Of a stretch of 26,173 bases of DNA, positions 15,732 to 24,343 are shown piece after piece. The stretch lies in IMG/VR virus record IMGVR_UViG_3300048817_000014, positions 1 through 26,173 of that record; one strand, given 5' to 3'. The DNA comes from a virus. Its lineage: Duplodnaviria > Caudoviricetes. Below the pieces are notes generated by a model. The model did not search any database, was not told the DNA's origin, and worked only from the letters and a program-made list of their open reading frames with translations. Each line of letters opens with the position of its first letter. The stretch's first letter is position 1. A program made the position numbers and the translations under genes.

Positions 15732-16022
15732 CTAATCCGTAAGGACTATCTTTCCCAGGTTGCGAGGTAGAAGGGGTGGAGGAAATGCGGCGTCTGTAGC
15801 CCCTTCATCCTGCTTCTTCTGGGCGAGTGCCCGAATCTCGTCGACGACTTGCTTCTTGATGACGACCGAATATTCGGCCACAAAACCTTTGAGAACGACA
15901 TTGGCGAAATCGGTCGCGAACCGCATCGTGGTTTTATCGAGAAGGGGCTTAATACCGCCTAGATGCCACGCATGCTTCTCATACTCTCGGGCTTGCGCTT
16001 CCGTCACTGTGGCTATGACCAT
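15732..16022 (-). CDS. Hypothetical protein (96 aa)
   Basis: SD GGAGG; operon packing. Confidence 0.65.
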   Translation of the reverse strand: MVIATVTEAQAREYEKHAWHLGGIKPLLDKTTMRFATDFANVVLKGFVAEYSVVIKKQVVDEIRALAQKKQDEGATDAAFPPPLLPRNLGKIVLTD

Positions 16023-16302
16023 CTGATTCCTCCCGCTCTTTCTGTTTCTTGTCTCGTAACTTCTGGACTTCCGCGTCGAAGTCTAACTCTTCGACGGTCG
16101 GGGCGGCAGTCTGCCTTATAGGTCGGGGTTCGGTGTACAGAATCTCTTTCGGGAAGAGCCCGTCAAGTACTGCGATCCTGTCAGTGACTGATCTCCGCAT
16201 CAACGCTATCAGCGGCGCTTTCCCCGTTTTGTGGTCTTTCAGCATGCGAATGTACTCATCGCGACATCGCTTCTTCGCTCGCGGGATGTTTTTCCCTGGC
16301 AT
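15979..16302 (-). CDS. Hypothetical charged protein (107 aa)
   Basis: SD GGAGG; operon packing. Confidence 0.6.
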   Translation of the reverse strand: MPGKNIPRAKKRCRDEYIRMLKDHKTGKAPLIALMRRSVTDRIAVLDGLFPKEILYTEPRPIRQTAAPTVEELDFDAEVQKLRDKKQKEREESDGHSHSDGSASPRV

Positions 16303-16324
16303 TAGAGACCCCTCCAGATTTTGG

Positions 16325-16711
16325 TTAGAACAACGTAGTATCTTTTAAGACTGCGCCTTTGACGAATGCCCCCCGTTGGGTGAGCAGTTTGTGCCAAGCA
16401 TCGAACTCTGGTCCGTGATCGTCTTTCATGTGGGTCGCCACATGTACGCACTCGTGGAGTAGGTGCACGACCTTGATCGAGGGCGATGCACACTTCTTAC
16501 GGTTTAGCAAGATCACATATTGGTTCGGATCCTGCGGTTTGCAATGACCTGTACTCGCACAGTCTGCTTCCTCTCCTACACGAGCCCAACGCACGATAAC
16601 ATTGTCTGGTAAGGTGCCGTTGAAAAACTTGGTGTTAAGCAGGCGGTAATACCGTTTCAGGCTAGGATCCGATTTGTCCTTGCGTATCATCTGAGTCCAC
16701 CCTGAATCCAT
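16325..16711 (-). CDS. SprT-like zinc metalloprotease (128 aa)
   Basis: YRLLNTKFFNGTLP and LLHECVH....DHGPEF (HExxH plus HG..F). Confidence 0.85.
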   Translation of the reverse strand: MDSGWTQMIRKDKSDPSLKRYYRLLNTKFFNGTLPDNVIVRWARVGEEADCASTGHCKPQDPNQYVILLNRKKCASPSIKVVHLLHECVHVATHMKDDHGPEFDAWHKLLTQRGAFVKGAVLKDTTLF

Positions 16712-16775
16712 AGGTTCACCGTGTTTTAATAGGGGCTGTTATCAGCAGCCCCCGTATCGTGACGCTGCCTGACAG

Positions 16776-16943
16776 CTACAGTTTCTTAACTTCGGCAGAC
16801 ACTGCACCAGACACAACCGAAGTTGCGGCGGTCTTGGCTACAGTGGCTTCTTTCGAAAACCACGATTTCACTTCCCGTGCTACGGCAGGGCAGAACACGC
16901 CGACGCCGAAACCTGCAGCGGCAAAAACCATATCCATCATCAT
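16776..16943 (-). CDS. Small membrane-associated protein (55 aa, MMMDMVFAAAGFGVGVF...)
   Basis: SD AAGGAG before ATG 16943; hydrophobic N-terminus. Confidence 0.6.
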   Translation of the reverse strand: MMMDMVFAAAGFGVGVFCPAVAREVKSWFSKEATVAKTAATSVVSGAVSAEVKKL

Positions 16944-16981
16944 AAGATCTCCTTGTAAGAACCGTGCACCAATCTGACAGA

Positions 16982-17335
16982 TTACTCGTGGTTGGGCGCT
17001 TGCGAAAGTCCGTCCACCACATTCGATCCTGCGGGGACAGTCGGGATAAGCCCGACACCTGACGTCGCAGTCAGAGCGTTGCCTACCGCGCCTGGTGATA
17101 GCGTGCACAGGAGTTGCGAGGAACGCTGTACGACTCCAGACACGAGCTTCTCGGGCGCGTGACCAGGTTTCGTGTTGATGACAATCGTTCCGCTGTCATA
17201 CGGATGAACACCAGAGACATTCGGGGTCTCGGGGGTGGGCTTGGTGCCGTCGAGTTGGTACTGGGCGGTGATGCCCTTCGTCTGTTGGCCCGATACTCCT
17301 GCGCCAGCGGGTTCAAGCGTTGCAAGTAATGCCAT
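16982..17335 (-). CDS. Hypothetical protein (117 aa)
   Basis: SD AAAGGAG; operon packing. Confidence 0.7.
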   Translation of the reverse strand: MALLATLEPAGAGVSGQQTKGITAQYQLDGTKPTPETPNVSGVHPYDSGTIVINTKPGHAPEKLVSGVVQRSSQLLCTLSPGAVGNALTATSGVGLIPTVPAGSNVVDGLSQAPNHE

Positions 17336-17355
17336 GATATCTCCTTTAATTCCTA

Positions 17356-18939
17356 TTACTTACGGGGGTGGGTGTCAAACCAGTCCCGGCAAAGGTCGTT
17401 CCGTAGAGGTCGTCTGGTGGTCTTATTAACAACACGACGCTGTCTAGCAGAACTCAATGGTTCAATCGGGGCGTCGGTCTTGCTCGCCGCGTATGCATCA
17501 CGCATCATCTGGTTGTTGTAAACCATCGGCGTCTCGCATAGATGCTGGGTGATGAATGCATTGTTCGTGCGAGGTTGACGGTTCTTATCGCCGTAATTAT
17601 TGTCGTGCCAGAGATAGACTCCCTGGTCCCCTAGGGCCTTTCCGACCCAGCGATCTTCCGCCCAGTCGTCTGGTTTTGTTGCCAGCACGATCTCGGTCGC
17701 TTTCCTATTCAACCAATATCCACATCCGCCTGCGGCGAATTTCAACTTTCCACCCGTACTACCGATAGGTGCTCCTATGAAGGAATGATCCTCGAATCGG
17801 CTCTTCATCAACTTATCCACGTCGATGAACGTGTCGGGGAAACATTGGAAGATGTGCTCGAATCCGCGATCGAGTGCCCATCGATGACTGTGCCACGTCT
17901 TATGACCCATGTACAGATAACCGTCTGGACAAGGAACGAGAATCTCGTCGTCCTGCGGGGCGTAATCCGTCTTGGGCTGGTCCCTAGTCGTCAATGCTTT
18001 CTGCTTGTGACCTCGACCTGCGTGCTGCAACGAGGGCGCTAACAGCGCCTCATCCGTGTCGCTTATCGGAGTTCCGTCTCCAATGAAAAACTTGTAATCG
18101 AGGTTCGGATACTTCGCAACTCTAGTCGCCCATGTTTCCCGAATCGCTTGATGGTCGCCGTTCTTCGCGCCTGTGACCCAGCCCGAAACCGTGATGAGAA
18201 CTTTTGGTGCTTCACCCTCCATACCGCGATGCACGCGATACATACGTTCGACCTCGTACCCAACCCGAAACCCGACGTGCGTAGAAATGAGATCGTTCGT
18301 CGGACGGACTACGTCGTCGCTGTATCGCTTATCCTGATGAAGAGGAATCCCTTGACTCCGCAGAACGCCCGACAGCCAGCAGTCTTCTGCCCAGCTATCG
18401 ATCTTTCTATAAATAACAAAACCGATAGCCTTTCGGCTAGCCCACCACCCGCCACCGCCCGCGACGTTCTCGCCCGAAGGCCCGCCGCTGAAGTCGTACT
18501 TCTCGAAGCCGCTCTTAAGCAATCGGTCGAGAGCCACATAGGTGTCTGTGTCGCACTTGTAAACGAAGTCATACCCGCGCTCGTCCGCCCAGCGCAGAAC
18601 CTCCCGCGTCTTCACGGGGAGATGGAGATAATCATCAGGGACGGGAAGAACGATTTCGTCGACCCTGGGGGTATACAATCCCTCCCTCGCCGCGCTTCTC
18701 GCGCACTCGTCGCACTTCTCCCTGTAGTTAATCCCCCGATTTGGGTCGGATGGGTTTCCTACGGATTCCCGAATCGCTTTCTCTTCTTCAGCACTCGCGA
18801 GAGTGTTGTCTCCAATGAAAAACTTGTACTCGACCTCAGGAAACTTCGAGATATCTTTCAGCCATGTATCTCGTACCGCCTGGTTAAACCCATTGCGGGC
18901 ATCTCGACGACAACTCACGATGGCGATGAGAATCTTCAT
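17356..18939 (-). CDS. Glycosyltransferase with two tandem GT31/fringe-like domains (527 aa)
   Basis: Internal duplication: QAVRDTW..YKFFIGD..EIVLPVPDDY..WA..GYDFVYKCDTDTYV..WAED versus QAIRETW..YKFFIGD..EILVPCPDGY..WA..GFEHIFQCFPDTFI..WAED. Confidence 0.8.
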   Translation of the reverse strand: MKILIAIVSCRRDARNGFNQAVRDTWLKDISKFPEVEYKFFIGDNTLASAEEEKAIRESVGNPSDPNRGINYREKCDECARSAAREGLYTPRVDEIVLPVPDDYLHLPVKTREVLRWADERGYDFVYKCDTDTYVALDRLLKSGFEKYDFSGGPSGENVAGGGGWWASRKAIGFVIYRKIDSWAEDCWLSGVLRSQGIPLHQDKRYSDDVVRPTNDLISTHVGFRVGYEVERMYRVHRGMEGEAPKVLITVSGWVTGAKNGDHQAIRETWATRVAKYPNLDYKFFIGDGTPISDTDEALLAPSLQHAGRGHKQKALTTRDQPKTDYAPQDDEILVPCPDGYLYMGHKTWHSHRWALDRGFEHIFQCFPDTFIDVDKLMKSRFEDHSFIGAPIGSTGGKLKFAAGGCGYWLNRKATEIVLATKPDDWAEDRWVGKALGDQGVYLWHDNNYGDKNRQPRTNNAFITQHLCETPMVYNNQMMRDAYAASKTDAPIEPLSSARQRRVVNKTTRRPLRNDLCRDWFDTHPRK

Positions 18940-18945
18940 GGCTCC

Positions 18946-19815
18946 TCACTGATATTTCTTGTCGATCAGCGCCTTCCACTCCGCATCCCGATTGTACTGA
19001 TGGACTATCGAGAACGGCATCTTGCCGTTAGGGGTGAAGACCGTGGCAGATCCTTTGTCGAAGATCGGAGTCGCATCCGTCAACAAATCACGGTTGAAGG
19101 TGATGTGGCTGTTGAAGCCGTTGCCTCGAAAGGCCGAACAGGTCGCCGTAAAACCCTCGGACATCCGTGGGACTGTCGTCACCTCTTTGTAGGGTGATTG
19201 CCGAAGGAAATAGTTCAACACCGACTGGTCGATAGGGGAGTAGTTGTTGAACCTACCCTTACGAACCATCGTATCTCGAACCCAGGTGTAAACATCTAGA
19301 AATGTTCTATACACCCACTCCGACGTTCCCCCTAATGTTCCACAACACAAGGCCTCGTGCTCCCGCACTTGCGCGTAACCATCGTCAAACATGGAATCTC
19401 GGAGCAACATGTCGTTGAAGCCTTCATCCTTGATGCGCCAGCATTCGTTCGCCGCGACCAGGTGATGCTGTCCGATGTTCCTCTCCAACCAGACCGACGG
19501 GTCCGTCTGGAAGATCACGTCCCCCACATCCGTCCAGATGATGTATCTAAACTCCTGATATCGGTCCTTCAAGAACTCCAGCATCGAGACGAACCGTCCT
19601 TGTGAAAGGAAATTGGTATCGTTAATCCCGTCGACGGTGAAGTCGATTACCTCAAACCCTAGATTCCGAAGTTCGTTTTTGGACTCTTCTGGCATCCGAT
19701 CTACGAACATGATCTTTCGTCCGTCGAACCCAGACATCACGAGAGACTTAGCGTAGTATCTAACCAGGGGCCAGTCAAATCCTCGGCAACACGACACTAC
19801 GAGATCGTTCTTCAT
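18946..19815 (-). CDS. GT-A fold glycosyltransferase (289 aa)
   Basis: IIWTDVGDVIFQTDP (DxxD), DQSVLN and IVHQYNR motifs. Confidence 0.75.
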   Translation of the reverse strand: MKNDLVVSCCRGFDWPLVRYYAKSLVMSGFDGRKIMFVDRMPEESKNELRNLGFEVIDFTVDGINDTNFLSQGRFVSMLEFLKDRYQEFRYIIWTDVGDVIFQTDPSVWLERNIGQHHLVAANECWRIKDEGFNDMLLRDSMFDDGYAQVREHEALCCGTLGGTSEWVYRTFLDVYTWVRDTMVRKGRFNNYSPIDQSVLNYFLRQSPYKEVTTVPRMSEGFTATCSAFRGNGFNSHITFNRDLLTDATPIFDKGSATVFTPNGKMPFSIVHQYNRDAEWKALIDKKYQ

Positions 19816-20713
19816 GGCTCCCCCTTACCATTTCCTGTATGTTCTCTTCAAGGTTCCTAGTCGGGCACCAACCCAACTCATCGACTGCCTTGGTGATGTC
19901 GAGCACGTTGTTTGCGACATCGACCGTTCGTGCTTCCGAGAACGAAACTTCTACCCTCTCACCTAGAACTTCTTCAATGATAGAAACCAGGTCTAGCAGG
20001 GTATGACCTTTCCCGGTTCCGATGTTTAACGTCCTGGAGGGGCCTGCGTGCCGTAACGCTAGGACAAGGGCCTTGACGACGTCGTCTACGTGAACGTAGT
20101 CTCGTACGGTCGTCCCGTCTCCCCAGATTTCTATGGGCCTATGATTCGTCGCGTTGTGGATAAACTGCGAGACCGCTCCGTAGTTCTTTCCTACCGTGTG
20201 GCCCGTGCCATAAGCATTCGAGATTCTCAGGATCCGATAATCTAGTCCCCAGGCGTGATAGAACAAACCCAAGTATTTCTCTACGGTCAGTTTGTGAACG
20301 CCGTAGGCGCATATGGGGTCTGTACTATCCTCTTCCCGTATTGGGCAACGTTTGGGCGCTCCGTATACCGCGCCGCCAGAAGATGTGTAGATCACTCGCT
20401 TAACCCCGTTGAGTCTGGCCGATTGCAACATGTGTAGAGTCGGCAATACGTTTGATACCAGATCGAACTTCACGTCTCTGTTGGAGGATGATGGAAGCGT
20501 CGTAGATATAAGATGGTAAATCACATCCACACCCCGAACGGCGCTGCTAACCAACTCCGCGTCGGAGAAGTCACCTTGTATCCACTCCACATCTTCGTGG
20601 ACGGGTATTACTCCCCGACTAAGGCAACGTACCTCGTGCCCTTGACCCAGGAGAGCCGTACATAATCTTTTTCCTACGAAGCCGCTACCTCCAGTTATCA
20701 GCGTCTTCATCAT
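19775..20713 (-). CDS. NAD-dependent epimerase/dehydratase, extended SDR (312 aa)
   Basis: TGGSGFVG, TSSGGAVYG, YGVHK (YxxxK) and GDGTTVRDYVHVDD. Confidence 0.92.
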   Translation of the reverse strand: MMKTLITGGSGFVGKRLCTALLGQGHEVRCLSRGVIPVHEDVEWIQGDFSDAELVSSAVRGVDVIYHLISTTLPSSSNRDVKFDLVSNVLPTLHMLQSARLNGVKRVIYTSSGGAVYGAPKRCPIREEDSTDPICAYGVHKLTVEKYLGLFYHAWGLDYRILRISNAYGTGHTVGKNYGAVSQFIHNATNHRPIEIWGDGTTVRDYVHVDDVVKALVLALRHAGPSRTLNIGTGKGHTLLDLVSIIEEVLGERVEVSFSEARTVDVANNVLDITKAVDELGWCPTRNLEENIQEMVRGSHEERSRSVVLPRI

Positions 20714-21804
20714 CCCCCCAATTTGTCTGCTGCTCGCAGGGCCATTCCAACTACCTGATCCATCTGCAAATACTTAAACGTCGCCAGTCGCCCGACGAAC
20801 GTCATGTCTGGAATCGCATCGGCTCGGACCTTGTACTTCGCATAGGTCGCCGTCGATTCAGGAGACAGGACAGGGTAGAAAGGTTCTTTCCCGAGCGTGA
20901 ATGCTTCAGGAAATTCTCTCACGATTGTCGTGTTCGGACACTGCTGTCCCGTTACATGCTTGATCTCGATGATACGAGTGAAATCGAAATCGTTCGGATA
21001 ATTGACCTGGACCGTGGGTTGAAAGAAATCCTGTTCATACGTCTGGTGCTCGAACCGCATTGAGCGGTAGGGCAACACGCCGTACTCGTAGTTGAAGAAA
21101 CGGTCGATGCACCCCGTATAGACTAGGTGCTTGATAGATCCCTGAAACTGTTCGTACGACACGCCTGTCAAAACTTCGACCAGCGGTGATGCCGCCAGGA
21201 GTCGTTGGAACATCGCGTCATACCCATACTTCGGCATGCAAGTGTACTTCCCATCGAGTCGTCGGTCGTCTCGGGTGATACGGATCGGAATCCGCAGACA
21301 GACGGAAGGGTCAAGATCTCTCGCGGAGCACGCCCACATCTTTTCGACATATCCACGGTAGAACATGTCATATAGTTCCCAGCCGACCTGAGAGATGATA
21401 GCTTCCTCGGAGTTCTGAGGATGCGCGATAGGCACTCGCCGTTCAGCGAGGTACTTCTCCATGTCTTCAGTCGTGCTCGGGTGACCTATGAGTTGTTCAT
21501 AAGTCTGGAGATTGATAGGGAAACTCCAAAGTTTTCCCTGGGTGTAACTCTTCGCGGTGTAGATCGCAGGGATCCACTCGGTGAATCGGGAGAGGTAGTT
21601 GAACACTCTGTCCGAGTTCGTACTAAAGAGGTGACCGCCGTATGGATGAACCAGCACCCCGTCAGTGTTATACTCGTCATGGGCGTTTCCGCCAACGTGC
21701 GCTCGCTTCTCGACGATGATACATTTCTTTCCGACACTGCTCAAACGTTCCGCCATGACCAGTCCCGCGAAACCTGCGCCTACGATGAGAACGTCGCAGT
21801 TCAT
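20710..21804 (-). CDS. glf: UDP-galactopyranose mutase (364 aa from ATG 21804)
   Basis: VLIVGAGFAG, HVGGNAHD, HPYGGHLF, LPYRS, TRIIEIKH, EPFYP and GRLATFKYLQMDQ. ATGA overlap with the upstream gene. Confidence 0.92.
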   Translation of the reverse strand: MNCDVLIVGAGFAGLVMAERLSSVGKKCIIVEKRAHVGGNAHDEYNTDGVLVHPYGGHLFSTNSDRVFNYLSRFTEWIPAIYTAKSYTQGKLWSFPINLQTYEQLIGHPSTTEDMEKYLAERRVPIAHPQNSEEAIISQVGWELYDMFYRGYVEKMWACSARDLDPSVCLRIPIRITRDDRRLDGKYTCMPKYGYDAMFQRLLAASPLVEVLTGVSYEQFQGSIKHLVYTGCIDRFFNYEYGVLPYRSMRFEHQTYEQDFFQPTVQVNYPNDFDFTRIIEIKHVTGQQCPNTTIVREFPEAFTLGKEPFYPVLSPESTATYAKYKVRADAIPDMTFVGRLATFKYLQMDQVVGMALRAADKLGG

Positions 21805-22955
21805 AATACGATGAGTCCTGGCATCCGTGAGGTGAAGAAATTTCCCTTGTACGTCAGCGCATACTTGTGGGCGATGTAGTTCGCGTAGTTCCATGTGAAG
21901 ATGCACGTATGCTGTGGTTGACTCTTGATCCAGTCCTGGGTGCTCCGAATCGGAATCCCTGTGCCAGGGATGAACTTGTACTGCTTGACTGGCGTGTCAT
22001 CGGCCACGGCCTCGATGAGTTCCTGGTCAATACCTGCATAGTTCAAGAAGACTGTAGCCTTCGCCGCCGCGCCAAATCCCCACACACTGCGGCCTGCGTT
22101 CTTGAGCCGGACCAGAGCGCCTTTAAGATCTTTGGCGTATTCATCGGTACGAGTCTGGAGAGCGGAGACCTGTTCCAAGTTGGTGTCAATCCCCGGGACC
22201 GTGCGGCCTGTCTTGCCCGCGAAGATACGAAGAGAGCCGCCGAGAACGTCAGGCAAGGACTCTATCTTGGTAATCTTCAACCCATGACGCTGGAACAGCA
22301 TGACTAGCGACTTCTTAGAGAAATAGAAAATGTGCTCGTGGTAGACCGTGTCGAACGTTGCCTGGGTTACGAGGTCGCCTAAGTAAGGAACTTCAACGAT
22401 AACGGTGCCCTCTTGCGTCAGAACCTCAGCGAAGCCCGCGACAACATCATTGACGTCGGGACAATGCGCGAGGACGTTATTGGCGTGGATGATATCCGCC
22501 TTAGGCAACGTCTTTGCCAATGCCAGCGAGAATAACTCTTGAACCGTAGGTACACCCTTGAGCGCCGCCGTGTTCGCGGGTCCGCGTGCAACGTCTACGC
22601 CTAACACGGAGATACCTTTTTGATGGTAGAATTGGAGGAGATATCCGTCATTGCTACCGACTTCCATTACGTGGAGTGGCCAGCACTCTTTGATAAGTCG
22701 GGTAACTAATTCCTGTGCACGCTCCACAATAGGAGTCATGACAGAAGAGTAGAAAGAATACTCGCTGAACATCTCCATCGGAGGCACGATGTCTCGGAGT
22801 TGACCGAGAGAGCAATGGTCACAGTACATGACTTCCAGCGAATGACTCTCGCAGGTGTCGTACTGGCCGTCCAGCAGTCTGTTGACTAGCGGCATGCTTC
22901 TCAGAGAAAGGATTCGATGAGTTATAGACGTGCCGCGGCAACTTCGACAAATCAT
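21801..22955 (-). CDS. NDP-sugar C-methyltransferase, NovU/EryBIII/TcaB9-like (384 aa from ATG 22955)
   Basis: Zn ligands CRSC and CDHC, SAM motif EVGSNDG, NVLAH, YHEHIFYFS, GFGAAAKA and FIPGTGIPI. ATGA overlap. Confidence 0.9.
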   Translation of the reverse strand: MICRSCRGTSITHRILSLRSMPLVNRLLDGQYDTCESHSLEVMYCDHCSLGQLRDIVPPMEMFSEYSFYSSVMTPIVERAQELVTRLIKECWPLHVMEVGSNDGYLLQFYHQKGISVLGVDVARGPANTAALKGVPTVQELFSLALAKTLPKADIIHANNVLAHCPDVNDVVAGFAEVLTQEGTVIVEVPYLGDLVTQATFDTVYHEHIFYFSKKSLVMLFQRHGLKITKIESLPDVLGGSLRIFAGKTGRTVPGIDTNLEQVSALQTRTDEYAKDLKGALVRLKNAGRSVWGFGAAAKATVFLNYAGIDQELIEAVADDTPVKQYKFIPGTGIPIRSTQDWIKSQPQHTCIFTWNYANYIAHKYALTYKGNFFTSRMPGLIVL

Positions 22956-23647
22956 TTCGCCCCTCCCAGATAACTTGCGTGGCACTCTTCCATCCACTTA
23001 GGGTCGTAACCACCCCTATCTCGTGAGGACATGTGGACCGAGACGTACCCTCCATCCTTCTGCCAAATATCTTTTTCCCAGTAAGGGAATGCTCCCCCGC
23101 CGCCGTTGTCTGTCCAATATCTCGTGTCGTGCGTCATCGGGATGCCCGCTTTACGCATCGCATGCCCCGTCGCGCAATCCGCCGCCCAGGACTCGGGAGC
23201 GTTGTCCGCTATGAATCTCGATGCCTTGGGACCCAGCCAATACCCGCATCCACCGCCAAGCCAACCCTCGCCGTTCCAATTAAACACGACACAGCCAACC
23301 GCCTCGTGTTCCGCGTATCCAGAAGTCATCAGGCGAGGAACAGGGGTGTATGTGTCTGAGCAGGCTATATGAAGATGGGTATATCCCTCGTCAAGCGCCC
23401 ATCGGACGACGGCTTGTTGTTTCTCGGCGGTGTGTTGGTATCCGTCATCTGCGTCAACGATAACTTCATCAGACTTCGGGTCGGTACAACCACGACCTAG
23501 AACAAACCTACAATCGACAAGATGGCCCCATCTTTTGAGCCAGGTATCTCGAACCACTTGGTCGAATCCGTTGGTGCGATACGGGGCGCAACTTACTAAC
23601 AATATGACTGGCCGTCCGGGGAGTCGACGATCAATGTTTACGCCCAT
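22952..23647 (-). CDS. GT31/fringe-like glycosyltransferase, single domain (231 aa)
   Basis: VRDTW..FVLG..DDGY..WALDEGY..CSDTY..GGCGYWL..WAAD; paralogue of the 17356-18939 domains. Confidence 0.78.
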   Translation of the reverse strand: MGVNIDRRLPGRPVILLVSCAPYRTNGFDQVVRDTWLKRWGHLVDCRFVLGRGCTDPKSDEVIVDADDGYQHTAEKQQAVVRWALDEGYTHLHIACSDTYTPVPRLMTSGYAEHEAVGCVVFNWNGEGWLGGGCGYWLGPKASRFIADNAPESWAADCATGHAMRKAGIPMTHDTRYWTDNGGGGAFPYWEKDIWQKDGGYVSVHMSSRDRGGYDPKWMEECHASYLGGAK

Positions 23648-23765
23648 TTCTCCTCCAATGTTCTAGCGCCCCCTTGAGATGCCATATCGCAGCGATGACG
23701 TATGCGGCGGTGAAGCCGACGTGGTACCAGCCCGCTACGCGCTCGCCTTGGGGATCGTCATGCAT
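23631..23765 (-). CDS. Small membrane protein (44 aa, MHDDPQGERVAGWYHVGFTAAYVIAAIWHLKGALEHWRRNGRKH)
   Basis: Below the ORF-track cutoff. SD GGAG before ATG 23765, one hydrophobic segment, basic tail; its 3' end carries the next gene's SD. Confidence 0.55.
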   Translation of the reverse strand: MHDDPQGERVAGWYHVGFTAAYVIAAIWHLKGALEHWRRNGRKH

Positions 23766-23878
23766 AAGGCTCCAAAGATAATGAACCCACCAAGTCTGGC
23801 AACTGGGTGGGCTCTGGTAGTCGGATAGGCGGCAGGTTCACTGCGCTTTCCCTCTTTCGAGGGGGAGGAACCTATCCG

Positions 23879-23988
23879 TTTGTCGTGTAGATCAAAGGGT
23901 GGCGAGATTTCTTTAATTGAGTCGCCCGTATGTGTCGTGGCGTATACCTCATTAGGGTGGCTCTCGCCGAGCCTAAACTTGTCGTGTA
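23879..23988 (-). repeat. Three direct CACGACA repeats, each followed by a hairpin
   Basis: Plus-strand TGTCGTG at 23881, 23933 and 23980 (spacings 52 and 47); the outer two extend to ACACGACAA. Confidence 0.6.
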
Positions 23989-24019
23989 TGTCTCTCATTC
24001 TTATTAGGCGGGGGTGTAT

Positions 24020-24073
24020 TATCAACTACTTAGGGGGGTTTTTTGGACGAAGATTCCCCGTAACTCCTTGATA
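24020..24073. promoter_or_regulatory. Pair of inverted IHF-consensus sites
   Basis: TATCAACTACTTA (+, 24020-24032) and TATCAAGGAGTTA (-, 24073-24061) both match WATCAANNNNTTR. Confidence 0.55.
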
Positions 24074-24118
24074 ACAAAGAAGAAAAGAAATCACGATCCT
24101 CGTTTTCCTTCTGAAAAA

Positions 24119-24343
24119 CTATTCAGGTCTTTCGGACGTGCGAACCTTCTTGCCGCCGCCTGTAGTCCAGCTATTGTCGCGGACGTCGGCAATCTTCCCC
24201 AACTTACCGTCAGAGCCAACATAACTGAGCCTAGGAGTCAAACCCTCCCACATCGTAAGATTCTCCCTCGCAAGGAGTTCATTCCAATACTCCCGAGAGT
24301 TAGGATCTATACCCTTTAGTTTCTTACGCTTACGATAAGGCAT
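24119..24343 (-). CDS. Hypothetical protein (74 aa)
   Basis: Overlaps the upstream stop; plausible composition. Confidence 0.55.
   Translation of the reverse strand: MPYRKRKKLKGIDPNSREYWNELLARENLTMWEGLTPRLSYVGSDGKLGKIADVRDNSWTTGGGKKVRTSERPE

Noticed and set aside
15979-16302. Candidate terminase small subunit
   Set aside because: Size and charge fit, but there is no recognisable motif and it is not adjacent to terL.
16732-16752. GGGGCTG-CTGATAA-CAGCCCC hairpin as a third kissing-loop copy
   Set aside because: It has a similar 7-nt loop, but no complementary TTATCAG or second hairpin follows; it may be a weak terminator or a remnant.
23879-23988. CACGACA repeats as a mini CRISPR array
   Set aside because: The repeats are only 7-9 nt, spacing is uneven and no cas genes are present.
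23735-24025. 96-aa minus-strand ORF across the leader
   Set aside because: TTG start without an SD; the region is better explained by hairpins and repeats, and it overlaps a better-supported 44-aa ORF.
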